Shown here: positions 18,829 through 28,611 of the stretch, in pieces
Layout: every line of letters begins with the position of its first letter
Numbering within the stretch: the first letter of the stretch is position 1
Assembly: GCA_964592145.1 (NCBI GenBank)
Contig: CAZQBX010000002.1
Coordinates: forward strand, 33,634 to 97,633
Reading direction: 5' to 3'
Length of the DNA: 64,000 nt
Origin: an uncultured Ignavibacteria bacterium
GTDB taxonomy: Bacteria > Zixibacteria > MSB-5A5 > CAIYYT01
Position numbers and translations under genes: made by a program
The notes under the pieces: model-generated
Told to the model about the DNA's origin: nothing
Databases searched by the model: none
The model's input: only the letters and a program-made list of their open reading frames with translations

Positions 18829-21279
18829 TCACCAGTGGCATTTATCCACCGAGAGAAGGTCCATTGCTCGATGTCCCATTTCGACAGCACGGTCGCATTC
18901 CCCTAATACTGCGAGTACCCCTCCGAGAGGAGAAACAAGATGGGGGTCATCGGGCTGGTCATCAATGGCAATTTCAAGAAGTTGTCTCGCCGAATCGGCA
19001 TGTGCGAGAGACAACGTCGAATCACCGCGTAATCGGTACACAAAGCTCGCGTTCAGATGAAAATCCTGGGGCTTTGCTGTGTTTCGAAGTTCGCGTAAAT
19101 GGCGAACAAAGAGTGAATCAAGGGGTAGATCAGGGAGACGTCGAAAGAACAGCCAAGTATTCTCCGAAAACAGGCTCAATGTATCCACATGTTTAAGGGT
19201 CTGCCGCGCAAATTGCTCCATCTTGTCCAGGTCGCCATAGCGGGTCCCGTAGTAATAGATTTTTGCGGAATAATGGCCAGACCGGGATGGTTCAAGTGCA
19301 ATCGCGCGATTAATTGATGCTTCCATCTCGTCATAAGAGCGGGTCAAACCGAGGCAACTGGCCAATTCGCTATGCCGGCGCGCCTCAAGTGGATCAAGCT
19401 CGGCGGCACGTCGATAGTTGCTTTGAGATTCCGAGAACCTTCCTTGGCGCATTTGAACGAACGCGATGCCGGCTAAGAGCTCGGGATCATTGGGGAGTTC
19501 CGATTTGGCGATCTCAAATTCTGCCATCGCCTTATCGTAGTCAGTTTCAATTACGTTGTAGTAGGTCCCGAGTGCGCGGTGACCTTGAGGGAGCTTTGCA
19601 TTTAGCTGCAACGCTTTTTCGGCTGCCTGACGCGCCAACGCTTTCTTCTCCGGCGAGCTCAATTCATAGCCAAGCCAGCTATAGGCAATTGATCTTTCCG
19701 CGTGAGCAAGAGCAAACTCGGGGTCCAGCATCACAGCGCTGTCAAAGTAAGCTGCGTAGGTTAACCTTGCTTTAAAACCCTGGTCAGTTTGTCGGTAGCC
19801 GCTGATTCCTTTCAGATAGAATTCATATGCCTGCTCATTGCTCGTCGGTTTATCAGCGAGTTTTTCACGCTCTGGTTCAAGAAGCGTTAATCCAAGTTGG
19901 TCGACTATCTGTGAGGCGATTTCTGCCTGCACTGCGAAAACTTCCATCACCGCTCGCTCGTAGTTGTCAGCCCACATGTGACGATCGTCTGACACTCGAA
20001 TAAGTTGTGGCGTTATCCTGACCTTCGTCTGCCCCGCTGACTTTGCCCAGCGTACTGTTCCCTCAAGGACGTAATTGACTCCAAGCTCGCTGCCAATTTC
20101 ACTCAAGCTTTTCCCAGATTTCTTGTATTGCATGGCACTCGTGCGTGATATGACACCGAGACCCTTGATACCGGCAAGGCGGGAGGTGATTTCTTCAGTC
20201 ATGCCGTCGGCGAAATATTCGTCATCAGGATTTCCCAGATTTTCGAAAGGCAGGACCGCAATCATCGGCATGGCATTGGCAGTCTCGGATTGAGTCGATT
20301 CAGACCACGGGAGAAAGTAGATGACAAGAACTGCCGCAATGACGACTATCGCCGCCCCGACATACACTTTCAAGTGTGATTTGACCGGTTTGGACCGGGG
20401 CTGATTTCCGGTTTGCTGCGAGTCATAGACGAGCCGTTTGAGGTCGGCAATGATATCCTCTGCTGTCTGGTACCTCATCCCCCGGTCTTTCTCCAGCAGC
20501 TTGTCGATGATTTGCTGAAGCCTCTGCGGGATGCCCGATTTATAACGACTTAACGGCTCCGGCACATCCTGCATTATTGCCCGCAACGTTGCGCCTTCGC
20601 TGTCGCGCCGGAAGGGCGTGCGTCCAGCGAGCAGTTCATACAGAACGACTCCAAAGGAAAAGAGATCTGATCGTTGGTCGATGTCGCGTCCGGACACCTG
20701 TTCCGGCGACATATATGATACCGTCCCGAGAGTAGAGCCGGTTTTCGTTAGCTTGTCGTCTCCCGCAACAGCCGCGAGACCAAAATCGAGAAGTCGTGCC
20801 CGCCCCTTGGTATCAACAATGATGTTGGTGGCTTTGATATCCCGGTGAACCACGCCGGCGCGGTGTGCTTCGCCGATTCCCTGGCAGACTTGGACGGCGT
20901 AATCCACAACTGTGTCGATCGGCAACGGTCTTTCGTTGGCGAAGTGTTGAAGTAAGTGCCCCTCGACATGTTCCATCGCAAAGAATGGCCGGCCGTTGAA
21001 CTCGCTGACATCATAGATCGTGACAATGTTCGGGTGATTCAGTTTCGCGACCGCTTGTGCTTCGCGCAGAAACCTGGTCTTGATTTCTTCGTTTGATGCA
21101 AGATGCGAAGGCAGGAATTTCAAGGCGACTTTCCGCTTGAGTCTGGTGTCCTCCGCCAGAAAGACTTCACCCATTCCTCCGGCACCGATCTTTTCGATGA
21201 TCCGGTAGTGTGAGATCATCGTGCCGCCTGTTAGCGTCACGTGAGTTCTTGTCTTATCGTCTGAATCGTCTTTTGACAC
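18829..21279 (-). CDS. Ser/Thr protein kinase with TM segment and C-terminal TPR region, ending at an in-frame TGA
   Basis: Kinase subdomains GAGGMGEVF...ALK, HRDIKATNI, DFGLA, SPE; one TM helix (VGAAIVVIAAVLVIYF); TPR-like C-terminal region. Confidence 0.85.
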   Translation of the reverse strand: MSKDDSDDKTRTHVTLTGGTMISHYRIIEKIGAGGMGEVFLAEDTRLKRKVALKFLPSHLASNEEIKTRFLREAQAVAKLNHPNIVTIYDVSEFNGRPFFAMEHVEGHLLQHFANERPLPIDTVVDYAVQVCQGIGEAHRAGVVHRDIKATNIIVDTKGRARLLDFGLAAVAGDDKLTKTGSTLGTVSYMSPEQVSGRDIDQRSDLFSFGVVLYELLAGRTPFRRDSEGATLRAIMQDVPEPLSRYKSGIPQRLQQIIDKLLEKDRGMRYQTAEDIIADLKRLVYDSQQTGNQPRSKPVKSHLKVYVGAAIVVIAAVLVIYFLPWSESTQSETANAMPMIAVLPFENLGNPDDEYFADGMTEEITSRLAGIKGLGVISRTSAMQYKKSGKSLSEIGSELGVNYVLEGTVRWAKSAGQTKVRITPQLIRVSDDRHMWADNYERAVMEVFAVQAEIASQIVDQLGLTLLEPEREKLADKPTSNEQAYEFYLKGISGYRQTDQGFKARLTYAAYFDSAVMLDPEFALAHAERSIAYSWLGYELSSPEKKALARQAAEKALQLNAKLPQGHRALGTYYNVIETDYDKAMAEFEIAKSELPNDPELLAGIAFVQMRQGRFSESQSNYRRAAELDPLEARRHSELASCLGLTRSYDEMEASINRAIALEPSRSGHYSAKIYYYGTRYGDLDKMEQFARQTLKHVDTLSLFSENTWLFFRRLPDLPLDSLFVRHLRELRNTAKPQDFHLNASFVYRLRGDSTLSLAHADSARQLLEIAIDDQPDDPHLVSPLGGVLAVLGECDRAVEMGHRAMDLLSVDKCHW

Positions 21280-21481
21280 AGTTGACTAATTCCCGGTTCC
21301 GGTGGTGAATTGTGAGCCCAAGTCCTAAAGTCGACAAAGAAGATACACTGTTTCAACAATTAGGGCAACAAGTTACGGTGCCGGTGATGCTGCGTAGAAC
21401 CTCAAAGGAAATTCGACGAATCTTCCAGAATTTGGAGGAATGCGCGGTTAGAATCAGTTTGTTGGTCAACTAAATGGTTTG

Positions 21482-21508
21482 AAAAAACGGCGGGAGTTTC
21501 CTCCCGCC
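21482..21508 (-). terminator. rho-independent terminator downstream of icd
   Basis: ggcgggag / ctcccgcc 8-bp stem with a tttc loop. On the minus strand it is followed by TTTTTT (the plus-strand A-tract at 21482-21487). Confidence 0.75.
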
Positions 21509-21550
21509 GCCGTATCTAACTGCCTGTCCGATGGGGACTCGAAACCGAAT

Positions 21551-23017
21551 TTAGTCTTCGCCCTGGGCCTTTGTAAACCCATCTTTGCCATCGAAGATCT
21601 GCAGTTTCTCGATATGGCCCCAGCGGAACTTGCCGCTCATCTTTTGCATGATAGCGGCGAGAATCTCGTCGGTCATATCCTTGTCTGCGTCGCGCATCAG
21701 TATGCGACACGTAAAAGCATCAACGGTGTCAGTGATCGTGCCCATCGATGGGTACAACTTGGTACCGCGGCTGGAGACCATTTTGAGTTTGAGCGGAGTG
21801 CCCTCAAGAACGGCTTCCATACCTTTGCCAAGTTCGTCCACCGTCGAGGCCCACTCCACAAAGAGATCGAGCCCGACGACCTTGCGGGTCTTGGCGGCGA
21901 CAAAGTCCGGCCGGGCGGAGATATCCGGCATCTTGATCGGCTTGTGGTCGCGGACATGCACCTTCGAAGGCTTCTTGCCGTAGTTGGCAATAATGGCATC
22001 GGTATAGCCGGTAGTTGAGGCGGCTTTCTCATCGCCGACCACGTCACGCGGCATAACTTTGCCTTCTTCAAGAGTGAACAATACGGCGTTCTCGATTGTG
22101 GCCGCTTCCTTGAACATCCCTAAGTAGCGAAGCATCATTACCGCCGAGAATACGACCGCGGTCGGATTGATGACGTTTTTGCCGGCATACTTGGGGGCTG
22201 AACCGTGGACGGCTTCGAAGATGGCAATATCCGTGCCCAGGTTGGCTGAAGGCGCAAATCCCAGACCGCCTATCAGAGCCGAACTCAAGTCGCTGATGAT
22301 ATCGCCATTCATATTGGTCGTGATGATAACATCGAACTGCTCCGGCTTCTTGACGAGCTGGTGAGCGCAGTTGTCAATGATGATGTGGTATGATTCGATG
22401 TCCGGATATTCCGGGGCAATTGCTTCGAAGGCGCGCTTGAGGGTGCCTTCGGTGAATTTCATGATATTGGCTTTTGTTGCGCAATGGACAGTCTTGCGTC
22501 CTTCGGCGCGGGCGACTTCGAATCCAAGTCGTACGATCTTCTCGCAACCTTTACGCGAAATCAGTTTGAGACACTGGGCAACACCCGGCGTCTGCATATG
22601 TTCAATGCCGGCATAGAGATCCTCGACGTTTTCGCGAACGACGATCAGGTCGACCCCGCGTCCGGTGTACGGCGTCTTGACGCCGGGAATTTCGCGGGCC
22701 GGACGAATGTTACCGTAGGTTTCAAATAGCTTGCGCAACGTGACATTCGCGCTCTTCTCGCCATAACCTACCGGAGTACCAAGGGGCCCTTTCAGTACCA
22801 GACGAGTCTTCTTGATTGACTCGATCGTTTCGGGAGTTACGCCGGAAGGGATTCCCTGCTTGAAAACACTTTCGCCGGCTGCACGCTCTTCCCAGGCAAG
22901 CGGCGCGCCGGTGGCTTCGATCATCTTTTTTGCCGAGTTGACACACTCGGGGCCGATGCCGTCGCCGGGTATTAGAGTAACGAGGACTTTACCATCAGGT
23001 GTTTTGAACGGTGACAT
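21551..23017 (-). CDS. icd: isocitrate dehydrogenase (isocitrate/isopropylmalate dehydrogenase family) with roughly 140-aa C-terminal extension
   Basis: Family motifs (NLFGDI-like NMNGDIISDLSSALIGGLGFAPSANLG, GSAPKYAGK). The first roughly 345 aa form the core and are followed by an extra C-terminal domain. Confidence 0.85.
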   Translation of the reverse strand: MSPFKTPDGKVLVTLIPGDGIGPECVNSAKKMIEATGAPLAWEERAAGESVFKQGIPSGVTPETIESIKKTRLVLKGPLGTPVGYGEKSANVTLRKLFETYGNIRPAREIPGVKTPYTGRGVDLIVVRENVEDLYAGIEHMQTPGVAQCLKLISRKGCEKIVRLGFEVARAEGRKTVHCATKANIMKFTEGTLKRAFEAIAPEYPDIESYHIIIDNCAHQLVKKPEQFDVIITTNMNGDIISDLSSALIGGLGFAPSANLGTDIAIFEAVHGSAPKYAGKNVINPTAVVFSAVMMLRYLGMFKEAATIENAVLFTLEEGKVMPRDVVGDEKAASTTGYTDAIIANYGKKPSKVHVRDHKPIKMPDISARPDFVAAKTRKVVGLDLFVEWASTVDELGKGMEAVLEGTPLKLKMVSSRGTKLYPSMGTITDTVDAFTCRILMRDADKDMTDEILAAIMQKMSGKFRWGHIEKLQIFDGKDGFTKAQGED

Positions 23018-23189
23018 GTTAAACCAACCTTATCATTAGTGTCGAAGTCTCTGACTTCAATTGTTTCAGACGGTCGCTAACACTAAGCGCCGCAGGAACG
23101 AGGCAATTTACAAGAAAATTGCCGACGCCAAAAGGAAATCTTGTCGGTCGGGATTAAAATAATTGAGGATTTGTTCGATGATTGGGGCG

Positions 23190-24257
23190 CTACAGGGCAA
23201 GCATCTCGTTGATGATTTTGCGGTCTATCGCCGGAAGGGGGTAGCGGTCGAGTCTGGAATATGCTACCCAGTTGCCGTTCGAGGACTTAGGGAACCTGGA
23301 GCAATTCAGCCTTACAACAATCGGCCTCAACCTATCAATGTACTTGGTGTAGGTATGGACTCTCGGTCGTAGTTGCGCTGTAAACTCAATTTGTTGGATT
23401 TCCAATTCAGGCAAGAGCTGGGAGATGATACGAGCTTCTGGAAGTCTTGGTCTCGTCACTCTTGGTAGCGACCACATTCCCGCGAACAAGCCGGTTTCGT
23501 TCTTTTGAAGCAGCAGACTATCGCGGCAGCGAATCACTAAGACACAGGAGGTTTTGTCGACAGAGACTCTTGGCTTCGGTTCCGGGATTTCGGATTGGAT
23601 GCCGAGTGAACGCGCCGAGCACCGATTCTTAACAGGGCATTCATCGCACAAAGGATTCCGGACCCGACAAATGGTTTGACCCAACTCCATCATCGCCTCG
23701 TTGAATGCACCCGGATTTTTGGATGAAATCGCACAGTCAAGGAACTCCCGGATTTGCCGTGTGGACTTTGAGTCTTCGACCTTCATGGCAAGGAGCCTTC
23801 GAACAACCCGCCGGACATTCGCATCCAGAACCGGATACGGCTTTCGGAATGCAATACTAAGAATTGCCGAGGCGGTGTAGTCGCCGATTCCGGGCAAACG
23901 GATGAGACTTTCATAGCTATCTGGCAGATTCGCTCCGCCGTAGGTCACCAATAGTCGTGCTGACTTGTGGAGATTCCGAGCACGCGAGTAATAGCCGAGT
24001 CCTTCCCATTGGCGAAGGACCTCCTTTTCCGATGATGATGCAAGTGACTGGATGTCGGGGAAGCGCTTCATCCACGCCCTGTAATGCGGGATCACGGCTT
24101 GCACGACTGTCTGCTGAAGCATAACCTCTGCAATCCAGACAGAGTACGGTGTGGGATTGATTCTCCACGGGTCGTCGCGCTTGTTGTGTTCAAACCAGTT
24201 GAGCAGCGCAGTGCGGAAATTCCGGGGCTCGTTGTTCTGAACATTGTTGCGCGACAT
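23190..24257 (-). CDS. mutY: A/G-specific adenine DNA glycosylase MutY
   Basis: HhH-GPD (LPGIGDYTASAI), 4Fe-4S loop CxxxxxxCxxCxxxxxC (CRVRNPLCDECPVKNRC) and a NUDIX-like C-terminus. The likely start is the internal ATG at 24257 (MSRNNV...); the ORF-track start at 24380 would overlap the divergent zupT. Confidence 0.85.
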   Translation of the reverse strand: MSRNNVQNNEPRNFRTALLNWFEHNKRDDPWRINPTPYSVWIAEVMLQQTVVQAVIPHYRAWMKRFPDIQSLASSSEKEVLRQWEGLGYYSRARNLHKSARLLVTYGGANLPDSYESLIRLPGIGDYTASAILSIAFRKPYPVLDANVRRVVRRLLAMKVEDSKSTRQIREFLDCAISSKNPGAFNEAMMELGQTICRVRNPLCDECPVKNRCSARSLGIQSEIPEPKPRVSVDKTSCVLVIRCRDSLLLQKNETGLFAGMWSLPRVTRPRLPEARIISQLLPELEIQQIEFTAQLRPRVHTYTKYIDRLRPIVVRLNCSRFPKSSNGNWVAYSRLDRYPLPAIDRKIINEMLAL

Positions 24258-24368
24258 ATTGGAGATTCTACTCACGGTTAGTTCGATATGTTTGTGCTTG
24301 ACGCTTGGCGATAACTGGCGTACACTTGCCATGCTTCCGACAGACTGCAAGAGATAGACCATTCGCGT

Positions 24369-25154
24369 TTGCCGGAACATAACGAAATGGGAGAGCTTCT
24401 GGAAGTCTGGACATATACATTAGTTAGCGTGGCTGTGGTGAGTCTGATCTCTCTTGTTGGAGTTTTTACGATGTCGCTCTCCCGCGACCGACTTCAGCGG
24501 ATAACTCTCTATCTGGTGGCATTCGCAGTCGGTGGTTTGTTCGGCAATGCGTTTATCCACTTGTTGCCGGAGGCGTTCCATCACAGTGAATCCTCGATTA
24601 CGACATCACTTTTGATTGTCGTCGGCATCCTGATCTTCTTCGTATTGGAAAAGTTTCTGCGCTGGCGGCATTGCCACGTAACCTCGCACCAACACACCCA
24701 TCCGATGGCGACGCTGAACATCGTGAGTGACGCATTGCACAATCTGATTGACGGTGTGTTGATTGGTTCGACCTTTCTGGTAAGTATTCCGCTGGGAGTG
24801 ACAACCTCGGTAGCGATCGTTCTGCACGAGATACCGCAGGAAATCGGCGATTTCGGCATATTGGTACACAGCGGGATGACAGTAAGGCGGGCTCTGATAT
24901 TTAACTTCTTGTCGGCTTCGGTTGCCATGATCGGAGCAATTGTGGTATTGACATTTGGACCGAGCATCGGTCATTTGACCGAAGCGATGATTCCGGTGAC
25001 GGCGGGGGGGTTCCTGTACATTGCAGGTTCTGATTTGATTCCGGAACTACAGCACGACGTCAAGCTATCGAACTCGGTGGGACAATTTGTCTGTATTATT
25101 CTCGGAGTCGCCACCATGGCACTGTTGGTGAGCTTCAGCTCCCACGCGCATTGA
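24369..25154 (+). CDS. zupT: ZIP-family zinc/iron transporter (ZupT-like)
   Basis: HEIPQEIGDFGIL signature and a His-rich loop (HCHVTSHQHTHP); about 8 TM segments. Confidence 0.85.
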   Translation: MPEHNEMGELLEVWTYTLVSVAVVSLISLVGVFTMSLSRDRLQRITLYLVAFAVGGLFGNAFIHLLPEAFHHSESSITTSLLIVVGILIFFVLEKFLRWRHCHVTSHQHTHPMATLNIVSDALHNLIDGVLIGSTFLVSIPLGVTTSVAIVLHEIPQEIGDFGILVHSGMTVRRALIFNFLSASVAMIGAIVVLTFGPSIGHLTEAMIPVTAGGFLYIAGSDLIPELQHDVKLSNSVGQFVCIILGVATMALLVSFSSHAH

Positions 25155-25205
25155 TCGCGAACAATTTCTCTTGCCGATGCCTAAGCGACAGTTGTAGAAT
25201 ACCTT

Positions 25206-26561
25206 GTGTGGATTCTAACGCGTTACGTCCTCAGGGAGCATCTCGGTCCCTTCCTATTTGCCTTCTTCATCATCACCTTCGTTCTGATTATTGACTTCAT
25301 CCCGCGCATGCTGGAGTTAATCATCGGTAAGGACCTTTCGGCGTGGACCGTCGTCAAGTTTCTGGTTTTGAACCTCGCCTGGATGTTGGCATTGGCGGTC
25401 CCGATGGCGGTATTAGTCGGGACGCTGATGGCGTTTGGCCGCATGACCGGCGACAAGGAGATACTGGCAATTAAGTCGCTGGGGATAGATCTGTTTCGCT
25501 TGATGATTCCGGTCATCATTGCGGCAGCGTTGATTGGCGGCGGTCTGATCTGGTTTAACAATGATGTCCTGCCGGAAGCAAATCATATGGCTTCAAACCT
25601 GCGCAGCGATATTGGCCGTCTGCGGCCGGCTCTGCAGATACAGCCGGGGGTTTTCGTTGACGATATACCCGGCTACATCGTTCTGGTAGATGAAATTGAC
25701 CACAAGACGTCGAAGATCAAGAGTGCCGTGATCTATGACCGCACCAACCAGGATCTTAATCGGACAATTACCGCTGATAGTGGAACCGTTGAGTTTTCAC
25801 CGCGTGATGAGATGATTACCTTTCATCTTATGAGCGGTCAAGTGCACGAACAAGATCGGGACAATGCCCGCGACTATCGAATCTCCGCCTTCCGATCACA
25901 GACATTCAAAGTCGGAAACTTGGAGACGCGCTTAAAGGAGACTCAACAAGACTATCGTGGCGACCGGGAGATGTCGGCACCGCAGATGCTGGAAAAGGTC
26001 CGTGCGTGGGAGAAAGAGATAGACGAGTATCGAAACGCTGTAGTTCTGGACACCGACTCATCATTGTTCGACATATTAGCAGCGCCAGAGAAAGTCGTGG
26101 AAGGCGGAAATCGCGGGGAGCGCGAGTGGCTGGCATACGCGGTGGGACAATCTTACAATAAGATCGTCCAGCTGACCAGATTATTCAAGACCAGACGAAC
26201 GCAGATTGCGACCAATATCAAGTTGATTTCCAAGTATTCGGTGGAAATCCACAAGAAGTATTCTTTGCCAGCCGCGTGTCTTGCCTTTATTCTCATTGGA
26301 GCGCCATTGGGCGTTGTCAGCCGCGGCGGGGGCATGGCGTTGTCGGTCGGCATCTCGATTGGATTGTTCACTGTTTACTGGGCATTTCTAATCGGCGGCG
26401 AACAGCTGGCAGATCGCTTGATTATTCCGGCCTGGGTGGCAATGTGGGCGGCGAACATTCTGATGGTAGGTTTCGGATTGATTTTGATTTATTGGGTCCG
26501 AAGCGAGAAGAGCTTCTTGTCGGCTCTGCGAACCATCTTCTGGCGGAGTAACCGGAGTTGA
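25206..26561 (+). CDS. lptF: LPS export permease, LptF/LptG (YjgP/YjgQ) family, paralog 1
   Basis: N-terminus ILTRYVLREHLGPFLFAFF and a large periplasmic loop between TM3 and TM4. Which paralog is LptF and which is LptG is not resolved. Confidence 0.8.
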   Translation: MWILTRYVLREHLGPFLFAFFIITFVLIIDFIPRMLELIIGKDLSAWTVVKFLVLNLAWMLALAVPMAVLVGTLMAFGRMTGDKEILAIKSLGIDLFRLMIPVIIAAALIGGGLIWFNNDVLPEANHMASNLRSDIGRLRPALQIQPGVFVDDIPGYIVLVDEIDHKTSKIKSAVIYDRTNQDLNRTITADSGTVEFSPRDEMITFHLMSGQVHEQDRDNARDYRISAFRSQTFKVGNLETRLKETQQDYRGDREMSAPQMLEKVRAWEKEIDEYRNAVVLDTDSSLFDILAAPEKVVEGGNRGEREWLAYAVGQSYNKIVQLTRLFKTRRTQIATNIKLISKYSVEIHKKYSLPAACLAFILIGAPLGVVSRGGGMALSVGISIGLFTVYWAFLIGGEQLADRLIIPAWVAMWAANILMVGFGLILIYWVRSEKSFLSALRTIFWRSNRS

Positions 26562-27655
26562 GCATTCTTGCCCGCTACCTGCTTAAGCGTTTCTTCTTGA
26601 CGTTCTTCGTCTCGATTGCGTGCTTCATTCTAATTTTCGATCTCGTCAATCTTGTCGAGAACATCGGTAAGTATGTTGAGTCGGGAGCCAAAGCTTCGGA
26701 TGTCGCACTCTACTATCTGTACTTCACTCCGTTCATCGTTGTGTTAACTTGTCCGATAGCGACATTGCTGGCCGCGATATTCTCAATCGGGTTGCTCGCA
26801 AAGACGAATGAACTGACCGCGATGAAAGCTGCCGGCATTTCGATTTACCGGATCGCCGTTGTGTTGATGACGGGCGGCTTTGTGATTGCCGGAGGACTGT
26901 GGGTATTCGGTGAAATGGTGCTGCCGGAAGCCAATCATCAGAAGAACATTATCAAGACAGAAAGAATTGAACGACGGAAATCTGAAAGCGCGGGAGTTTA
27001 TCGCAATCAGTTATTCCAGGGATTGGACGGCCGCATCTTCCAATTCGGCAACTACGTCTCCAAATCGGCGACCGGAGAGGATGTATTGATTCAGACTTTT
27101 GAGGGTCGGGCACTGAGGCAAATCATCACAGCCAAGAAACTTGAGTGGCAAGATTCGATCTGGGTCGGTACCGGGGTTAGCCTCAAGGAAATAGGCGACC
27201 TGGACACAGCGAGCCAACCGATACTGTCAGTCACTCACGATTCGCTGGTCTTCTCGAATTTTCGCGAGCAGCCGGGGTTCTTTGAAGATTGGTTCACCCG
27301 GCAAGACGCTTACTCCATGGACTATTTCAAACTGAAACGGTTCATCGCCGTGAGTCGTGCACTGGGCAAGGACGTTACACCACAGACAGTCGATTTGTAC
27401 AATAAGACCTCATTCCCATTGATCAACGTCATCATCATTCTCATCGGTGTGGCGTTGGCGTCTAATCCCCGCCGTGCAGGATTAGGAATCAGCTTCGGGT
27501 TGTCGATGGGTATTTCGTTTGTGTTCTTCACGATGGTCAAGGTGGCAATTGAGATGGGACATAATGGTATCATTACACCGGTAATTGCAGCCTGGGGAAC
27601 CAATGCCATTTTCTTTGTCCTCGGGTTGATTCTTCTGCTTCGCGTACCAAAGTAG
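26558..27655 (+). CDS. lptG: LPS export permease, LptF/LptG family, paralog 2
   Basis: N-terminus ILARYLLKRFFLTFFV; ATGA-type overlap with paralog 1. Confidence 0.8.
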   Translation: MSILARYLLKRFFLTFFVSIACFILIFDLVNLVENIGKYVESGAKASDVALYYLYFTPFIVVLTCPIATLLAAIFSIGLLAKTNELTAMKAAGISIYRIAVVLMTGGFVIAGGLWVFGEMVLPEANHQKNIIKTERIERRKSESAGVYRNQLFQGLDGRIFQFGNYVSKSATGEDVLIQTFEGRALRQIITAKKLEWQDSIWVGTGVSLKEIGDLDTASQPILSVTHDSLVFSNFREQPGFFEDWFTRQDAYSMDYFKLKRFIAVSRALGKDVTPQTVDLYNKTSFPLINVIIILIGVALASNPRRAGLGISFGLSMGISFVFFTMVKVAIEMGHNGIITPVIAAWGTNAIFFVLGLILLLRVPK

Positions 27656-27889
27656 CTTCTTTCGAGTACCTTTATTCACGGCATTGCATACTCTGCGGGG
27701 GAAAGTGCAACGACGCGCACAGTATGCATTTTCGTTTCGTAGCCACGTTTTTCCGCGCCTGCGCGTAACTCCATAATCAACAAGAGAATCCTTGGCTCCC
27801 CGTCGAGCTTTCTGCCGGAGGCGTGCTCGGCACAGCTATTGCGTAAGAGTATTTCCGCGAACGATAGAGAGGGAAGGAGATACACTACA

Positions 27890-28510
27890 ATGGTAGCAGC
27901 AGACATGAAGAGAGGATTCGCCGCCAATCGCTTTGAAAAGAGCGTTGAACCGCGAGTGAAGAAAGATGACGGGGGTTACTTCATCTATACGCTTAGCGAA
28001 AACGTGAAGGTCTATTTCGAGGATTATTACGGATTCCTTGAGCAGGTCGAATCGCGCGCGTTGAACGACCTGAAAGATGTCAAAATGAAACTGTCCGAGG
28101 TTCAACCTCACCAGAACGAACTTAACGCCTATCTTTATGCCCGCAAGAAGGTGATTGAGGTCTTGCTGCAGACAGTTTACAACTTCTACAGCGAAGGCAA
28201 CAACTTTGGCGTCGTAATGACTCCGTGGTGCTTCGGAACCGTTGTGCTGGAGAAGGTTGAGGCGTATCGCGATAAGTTGAGCAAGGGTAACGCGAACGAC
28301 GAAGATCTGCCGGAATATACTTATGATGTAGTGCGCTATCTTGACGAGATCTACCGCAAAACGCTGCTGGATCTGTTCGATTTCCCGGAAAAGGCGTTTT
28401 CGATGCGCTGGCAGTATTCCGAGCTGTTGAAAAGATACTCAAAAGCCCTCACCAATATTACTACCTCGCTGCAGTCAGTCATGATGTTAGTCAAGAGCTA
28501 CGGCAGCTGA
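27890..28510 (+). CDS. hypothetical protein (206 aa)
   Basis: ATG at 27890 sits 9 nt after GGAAGGAGA. The ORF-track TTG start at 27839 is probably too far upstream. No motif recognised. Confidence 0.55.
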   Translation: MVAADMKRGFAANRFEKSVEPRVKKDDGGYFIYTLSENVKVYFEDYYGFLEQVESRALNDLKDVKMKLSEVQPHQNELNAYLYARKKVIEVLLQTVYNFYSEGNNFGVVMTPWCFGTVVLEKVEAYRDKLSKGNANDEDLPEYTYDVVRYLDEIYRKTLLDLFDFPEKAFSMRWQYSELLKRYSKALTNITTSLQSVMMLVKSYGS

Positions 28511-28558
28511 CAAATCCTCCTCTTTAGTGTAGCCTGTTGGCCCCTCCCTTTCTGTGAA

Positions 28559-28589
28559 CCGGTCCTGCATAAAGCAGGGCCGGTTTTTT
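28559..28589 (+). terminator. rho-independent terminator
   Basis: ccggtcctgc-ataaa-gcagggccgg 10-bp stem (one G-U pair) followed by tttttt. Confidence 0.85.
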
Positions 28590-28611
28590 AGTTTCAAGTA
28601 AGCCTAAGCCT

